Assembly: GCF_035285525.1 (NCBI RefSeq)
Contig: NZ_JAYKGW010000026.1
Span: 1 to 29,921 of the forward strand
Length of the DNA: 29,921 nucleotides
Direction: 5' to 3'
Origin: Okeania sp.
GTDB taxonomy: Bacteria; Cyanobacteriota; Cyanobacteriia; Cyanobacteriales; Microcoleaceae
Shown here piece after piece: positions 25,564 through 29,921 of the stretch. Numbering within the stretch: position 1 is the stretch's first letter; each line of letters starts with the position of its first letter. Position numbers and translations under genes: made by a program. Below the pieces are notes generated by a model. It was not told the origin of the DNA. It saw nothing but the letters and a program-made list of their open reading frames with translations, and did not search any database.

Positions 25564-26592
25564 TTAAAAATCTTCCATCTTTTTTGCTTCTTCTAACCAA
25601 CTATCAAATAATTCTTGATTATTTTTCACCCACTCTTGACTATGGCGACGGATATCCTCTGGAGAGTCTTCACCATCTTTAATATATAGACTTTCAACAT
25701 TCATATCTTCTGCTGGAATTTGAACAAGTTCAAACCAACGTTTAGCAACTGGGTTAGCTTCTAAAAATTTTTTATTGGCAAAAATTTGTAGTTTATCAAC
25801 AGCAAATCCCAGATTTTTACCTGCTAGAGTGGTGTCTTTTTCTGTGATATTTTTTATAGACTCTGGCAGAGAAGTAAAAGGAACTTCTAGCCAAATTATA
25901 TCTTGATCTGGTTTTAAAACTGTAGATATCCAGTGAGGATTATAAGCATAATAAAGAACACTTTTCCCTTGCTGATAGCGACTAATAACATCTGCCAGTA
26001 AAATAATATATTGTCCTCTATTGTGTTCAACTGTATTTTCTAATCCATAAGCTTTAATTTGATGATCGATTATTCGTTCACAAAACCAACCAGGATTGCA
26101 GCCAACTAAGTTAGCTTTACCATCACCATCTGAATCAAATAGTTGAGCAATTTTTGGGTCTTTAAGTTGTCCGATATTAGTAATTTTATATTTATCAGCA
26201 GTTTTTTTATCAATTTGATAGCCTTGTACCACTTTAGGAACTAGATTTCCAAGTCGCTTTAACTTTTTTTCACCCCCAGCATTATTAAAGTATTCTTGGT
26301 GTGCTTTTTCACCGCCAATGGTACTATAATCTAGGTCTCCATTTGCTACAGATAAATAAATAGCAGGATAGTCAATTTCTATGGGTTTTTCAATTTGATA
26401 ACCAAGTTTTTCTAGACCAATATTCACAATTTCTGTTTGGAAATGTTCTTCAACCCAATTACTATGGGCTGCACGAATTTTAGTTTTTTTAACAGGTGAA
26501 TTTGATTGGCAAGCAATTAAACCTATTAATACAATTATTAGAATTGTTCCTCGAGCTAGTTGGTGTAATTTTTGGATTAATAAAGTTATCAT
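25564..26592 (-). CDS. proX: Glycine betaine / proline betaine ABC-transporter substrate-binding lipoprotein (ProX-like).
   Basis: Strong resemblance, from memory, to E. coli ProX: [50 protein letters not shown] versus [50 protein letters not shown]. ATG at 26590-26592 gives a signal peptide ending in the lipobox LIAC. The ORF track's 26631 start is a TTG. Confidence 0.85.
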   Translation of the reverse strand: [342 protein letters not shown]

Positions 26593-27387
26593 AAACCTAT
26601 AATAATGATAATTTAGCTGAGTGGATATCAATTTTTAAGAAACCCCAAAATTTATGGCTTTTAGGAAGCATAAAATAGAGAATAAGGTATTTTTTGCAAA
26701 TATGAGATATACCCATTTACCTAAAATATATCTTCAAATACTTAATCATCTAAAAACTTTATAAAAGTTTAAGCATTATATATTTTGAACGGCAAAAATA
26801 ATTTCATTAATTGCTAGTAGAAGTTAAAGAAATACAGTATTTATTCATTAAAAATCTAGGAACTGACTCCTGACTGCTAACAGCTAAATGCCTAAAAAAT
26901 TTTAGGTTTTAAGAAGTAGAGAACGGAGAATAGGGAATAAAAAAGAAGAAAAACAACGTAAACATTTCCTACGGAATGCTCCGCCAACAGCAGTCAGCAT
27001 TTACCGGTCAGCTATTTTTTTTAGTTTGAGATAAAAGCTTGGCTTTGTTGAGGTAAATTGAATCTTACAATCAAAGCAGATTTTAAAGCTTGTATTCATT
27101 TAAAGCCATTTTCAGGTTTATAGCAACCGCCAAGACAGTTAGGACATAGACTGATGATGAATCAAAGACCACGGAAACACTTTTTCAACTGTTCCCTGTT
27201 CCCTCTTCCCTGCTATAGATAGAATTTGCTGACTGCTAATAGCTAAAAGCTGAATGCTTACAAAACAACTGTACCTCATAACGCACGGAAACTGCTATAT
27301 AACCAAACTTTCCTTTTCACAAAAAAACCATAATGTTTGCTGTTAATACTAAAATTTATAAGGCATCGAGCTACAGACTGATGTAAT

Positions 27388-27436
27388 TTCTTTCCTCCTT
27401 CCTTATTCCTTCTTTCTTCTTCCTTATTCCTTCCCT
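27388..27436. repeat. Almost pure polypyrimidine tract (cttccttattcct x2) directly after the kinase-like gene. Inverted counterparts are the polypurine runs at 26921-26960, 4780-4812 and 8012-8050.
   Basis: Read directly. Only T, C and a few A are present on the plus strand. Confidence 0.6.
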
Positions 27437-28760
27437 AAAAAATACTACCTAATAATGCCTGCTTAAATTCTTTAGCAGTTTTAAAATAAATTTCTGGCTC
27501 ATCAATTAATGCTAAATCAATAACTTCTGCCAATGATTTAGGAATAGCAATATTTCTCTTTCTAATGGGCACAGGTTTAGTTTGCAATATAGTTAAAATT
27601 GGATCTTTACCAACAAAATCACGGGGATATGCACCAGTTAACATATTGTATAAAGTTGCTGCCATTGCCCAAACATCTACTTCCGGTTTTACATCTTTAA
27701 AATTAATTATTTGCTGCCTAGGTATAAATGGAAAATTTTCTCCTTTGTTTCCCCCAATTATTTGATTGCTGAAGCCGGCAAAATCAAAAGCTTTTGTTAA
27801 TCCATAATCTGCTATTTTTACCACTGTTGAACTATTTATATTACTCAGAAAAATATTAGCTGGTCTAATATTCAAGTGAACTAAACCTTTCCCTTTGTCA
27901 AAACTACCATCTGCTTTGTTAAAATAAGGAATTTCTGCATTGTGAGCATAATCTAAGCCATCTAAAGCTTGGATAATAATTGGCACTGCCATATTAATAG
28001 ATAATTGATAACCACAACGTTCCAATAAACTCCAAATACTACCACCATTGCAATATTCTAAAGTTAAAATAAATTGGCGATCGCTATAACTATAATCTTC
28101 CAATCTGACAACATTTTTATGATTTAAAGCTTTAGTATTTTCTAATTCTCTCAAAAATTGATCTATAGCTTGAGGATGAGTATTAGTTTCTGGCAAAATT
28201 ATTTTGATAGCTATTAATTTTTGAGTACAATTATTTCTAGCTAAATAAACTTCTCCATTTCTGCCTTTACCTAATAACTTAATTGTTCTATAGCCAGGAA
28301 TTTTAATGAAATTATCACTTTTTGATTTGGCTGTTTTAACCAATGATTTAACAGTTTCTGCCTGAGATTTTTTAGGGGTAGAAACTATCTCTCTTTGAGT
28401 TTCAATACTTAGCTCAAAAACAATTGTACCCAATTGAATTTTGTCTCCCGATTTTAAATTATATTCAGGGAACTGAATTTTTGGGTCAGCTTCAGGAGTA
28501 TGATTGGGTTGACGTTGCCCAATTTTTTTACCATTAATATAAGTGCCATTTTTACTACCAAAATCACGAATACGAATATCTGGAAGATTAACATAAAGTA
28601 TGCAATGATAGCGAGAAATAGTACGATGCTCTTCATCACTTGGTAGTCTTAGATTACAATCTTTATGACGACCAATAATGCAAATAGTTCGTTCTTTAAA
28701 TATAAATTCTTTACCGATCAGAGTTCCTTCAATAATAGTCAGTTTGACTTGAGCAGACAT
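27435..28760 (-). CDS. FHA-domain protein fused to a Hanks-type Ser/Thr-kinase-like domain with a degenerate catalytic loop.
   Basis: FHA signature: IGRHKDCNLRL...SRYHCIL...GSKNGTYING. Kinase signature: LGKGRNGEVY (G-loop), IAIK (Lys186), ADYG (DFG-like). The catalytic loop reads VHLNIRPAN (27870-27878 = H-L-N) and there is no APE motif. Confidence 0.85.
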   Translation of the reverse strand: MSAQVKLTIIEGTLIGKEFIFKERTICIIGRHKDCNLRLPSDEEHRTISRYHCILYVNLPDIRIRDFGSKNGTYINGKKIGQRQPNHTPEADPKIQFPEYNLKSGDKIQLGTIVFELSIETQREIVSTPKKSQAETVKSLVKTAKSKSDNFIKIPGYRTIKLLGKGRNGEVYLARNNCTQKLIAIKIILPETNTHPQAIDQFLRELENTKALNHKNVVRLEDYSYSDRQFILTLEYCNGGSIWSLLERCGYQLSINMAVPIIIQALDGLDYAHNAEIPYFNKADGSFDKGKGLVHLNIRPANIFLSNINSSTVVKIADYGLTKAFDFAGFSNQIIGGNKGENFPFIPRQQIINFKDVKPEVDVWAMAATLYNMLTGAYPRDFVGKDPILTILQTKPVPIRKRNIAIPKSLAEVIDLALIDEPEIYFKTAKEFKQALLGSIF

Positions 28761-29153
28761 AAGATAATTATAACTTTAGATATTTTATGAATTGCTTATT
28801 TTTTATTATCTTATAAATTATCTTCTAGGCAGTGCAAATTTATCGGAATAACTATTGCTATCAAAGGCTTTCAGCTATCTAAAAATTAGAAACTTTATAT
28901 TTATAGCTTTAGGTGCTGTAAGTCTTTTTCAGTAATACTTTCAGTCAGATAAGCAAATTATTCTTGAGGAGAACTTTGTACTCTCTAGAGAATTAGATTA
29001 AGGTGAGATTTGTTAATTTGATAATCTGTTTATTTACTCGATGGACGATTTATGCTAATATTATTTGCTAAATAACTTTATGATAACAAGTTTTTGTCCA
29101 AAATTTGTTAATATAAAACTCTTGAGTGTCCACTTTTGTGTAGGAATAAATCA

Positions 29154-29921
29154 ATGTCCCCACAACTTATAAAAATTCTCAATGATAGTTATCAAACTGT
29201 TAAAAATGATGGGGAAGATGTAATTGCTGGATTAACTAAAAATCCCAAGATTTTACCTCCAAAATATTTTTATGACGATTATGGTTCTGAATTATTTGAA
29301 AAAATTTGCGATTTACCTGAATATTATCCGACTCGTACAGAAACTTCTATCTTAGAGCAATATGCTGATGAAATTGCTGAACTAACTAATAGTCAAGAAT
29401 TAGTAGAATTAGGTAGTGGAAGTTCGACTAAAACTCGTTTATTATTAAATGGTTATCAAAGAATAGGTAATTCTTTTGCTTATGTACCAACTGATGTGAG
29501 TGGAGGAATACTTAAAAATACCATATTAGAGTTACAAAAAAAATATCCAGATTTCTTGATTCAGGGATTACTGGGAACTTATCAACAAACTTTAGATTAC
29601 CTAGAATCGAATCCTCAAGAATCAAGAACGGTTTGTTTTTTAGGAAGTTCTGCTGGGAATTTTTCTCCACCAGAATTTGACCATTTCTTGACTCAAATTA
29701 CTAGAAGTTTACAACCAGGAAATTATTTTTTATTAGGGATTGATTTACACAAATCTAAAGAAGTTTTAGAACCTGCTTATAATGATGCTCAAGGAATTAC
29801 GGCGGCTTTTAATGTGAATATTTTATCTCATTTGAATTGGCGTTTTCAAGGAAATTTTGATATAAATTTATTCAGTCATAAAGCAATTTATAATGAGGCT
29901 GAAACTCAAATTGAAATGTAT
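29154..29921 (+). CDS. egtD: L-histidine N-alpha-methyltransferase (EgtD family, ergothioneine pathway), 3'-partial.
   Basis: This ORF is not in the ORF track because it has no stop inside the window. ATG at 29154, then 256 codons open to the edge. PKILPPKYFYDDYGSELFEKICDLPEYYPTRTETSIL and ELGSGSSTKTRLLL are hallmark EgtD/DUF2260 SAM-methyltransferase motifs. Confidence 0.82.
   Translation, partial: MSPQLIKILNDSYQTVKNDGEDVIAGLTKNPKILPPKYFYDDYGSELFEKICDLPEYYPTRTETSILEQYADEIAELTNSQELVELGSGSSTKTRLLLNGYQRIGNSFAYVPTDVSGGILKNTILELQKKYPDFLIQGLLGTYQQTLDYLESNPQESRTVCFLGSSAGNFSPPEFDHFLTQITRSLQPGNYFLLGIDLHKSKEVLEPAYNDAQGITAAFNVNILSHLNWRFQGNFDINLFSHKAIYNEAETQIEMY

Noticed and set aside
1-29921. tRNA, rRNA, tmRNA, riboswitch or defence-island signatures.
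   Set aside because: Scanning by eye found no tRNA-like T-arm or acceptor patterns and no rRNA-like segments. No restriction, toxin-antitoxin, Cas or abortive-infection gene motifs turned up either. This is a visual scan, so small structured RNAs cannot be excluded.

Overview
The window looks like an AT-rich chromosomal segment of a filamentous (Nostocales-type) cyanobacterium. This is an inference from three things. There are many HIP1 octamers (GCGATCGC, e.g. near 462, 771, 4414, 4869, 15400, 18707, 19126, 19610, 21256, 22660, 28076). chlB is present. Heptamer STRR-like arrays and nested palindromic mini-repeats fill almost every intergenic spacer.

Gene content, left to right:
- a 5'-partial TPR protein
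- a KDSR-like short-chain dehydrogenase (-)
- three tandem thioredoxin paralogs (-)
- a VOC/glyoxalase-fold protein (-)
- a GuaB3-type IMPDH-related protein (+)
- RodA (+)
- a 2874-aa RTX/calcium-binding-repeat ORF (-)
- a TnpB-only IS200/IS605-type element whose tnpB is frameshifted (-)
- a 317-aa ORF with a metzincin/snapalysin-like zinc motif (-)
- MutS2 (+)
- ChlB (-)
- a ProX-like glycine-betaine binding lipoprotein (-)
- an FHA + Ser/Thr-kinase-like protein (-)
- a 3'-partial EgtD-like histidine methyltransferase (+)

I found no rRNA, tRNA or CRISPR array, and no recognisable multi-gene defence, secretion or biosynthetic operon. I cannot honestly claim a new multi-gene system here.

The most unusual locus is 8.5-19.4 kb. 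A giant exoprotein gene appears to have been split by a TnpB element, and that element is itself broken by a 50-bp hairpin mini-insertion. Other items worth a second look:
- mosaic (gene-conversion-like) triplication of trxA
- a ~92-aa low-complexity insertion inside the MutS2 ATPase core, built partly from the same heptamer repeat found in intergenic DNA
- an FHA-kinase whose catalytic loop reads HLN instead of HRD (candidate pseudokinase)
- a eukaryote-type 3-ketodihydrosphingosine-reductase-like SDR

All product calls come from motif recognition by eye. No database search was possible.
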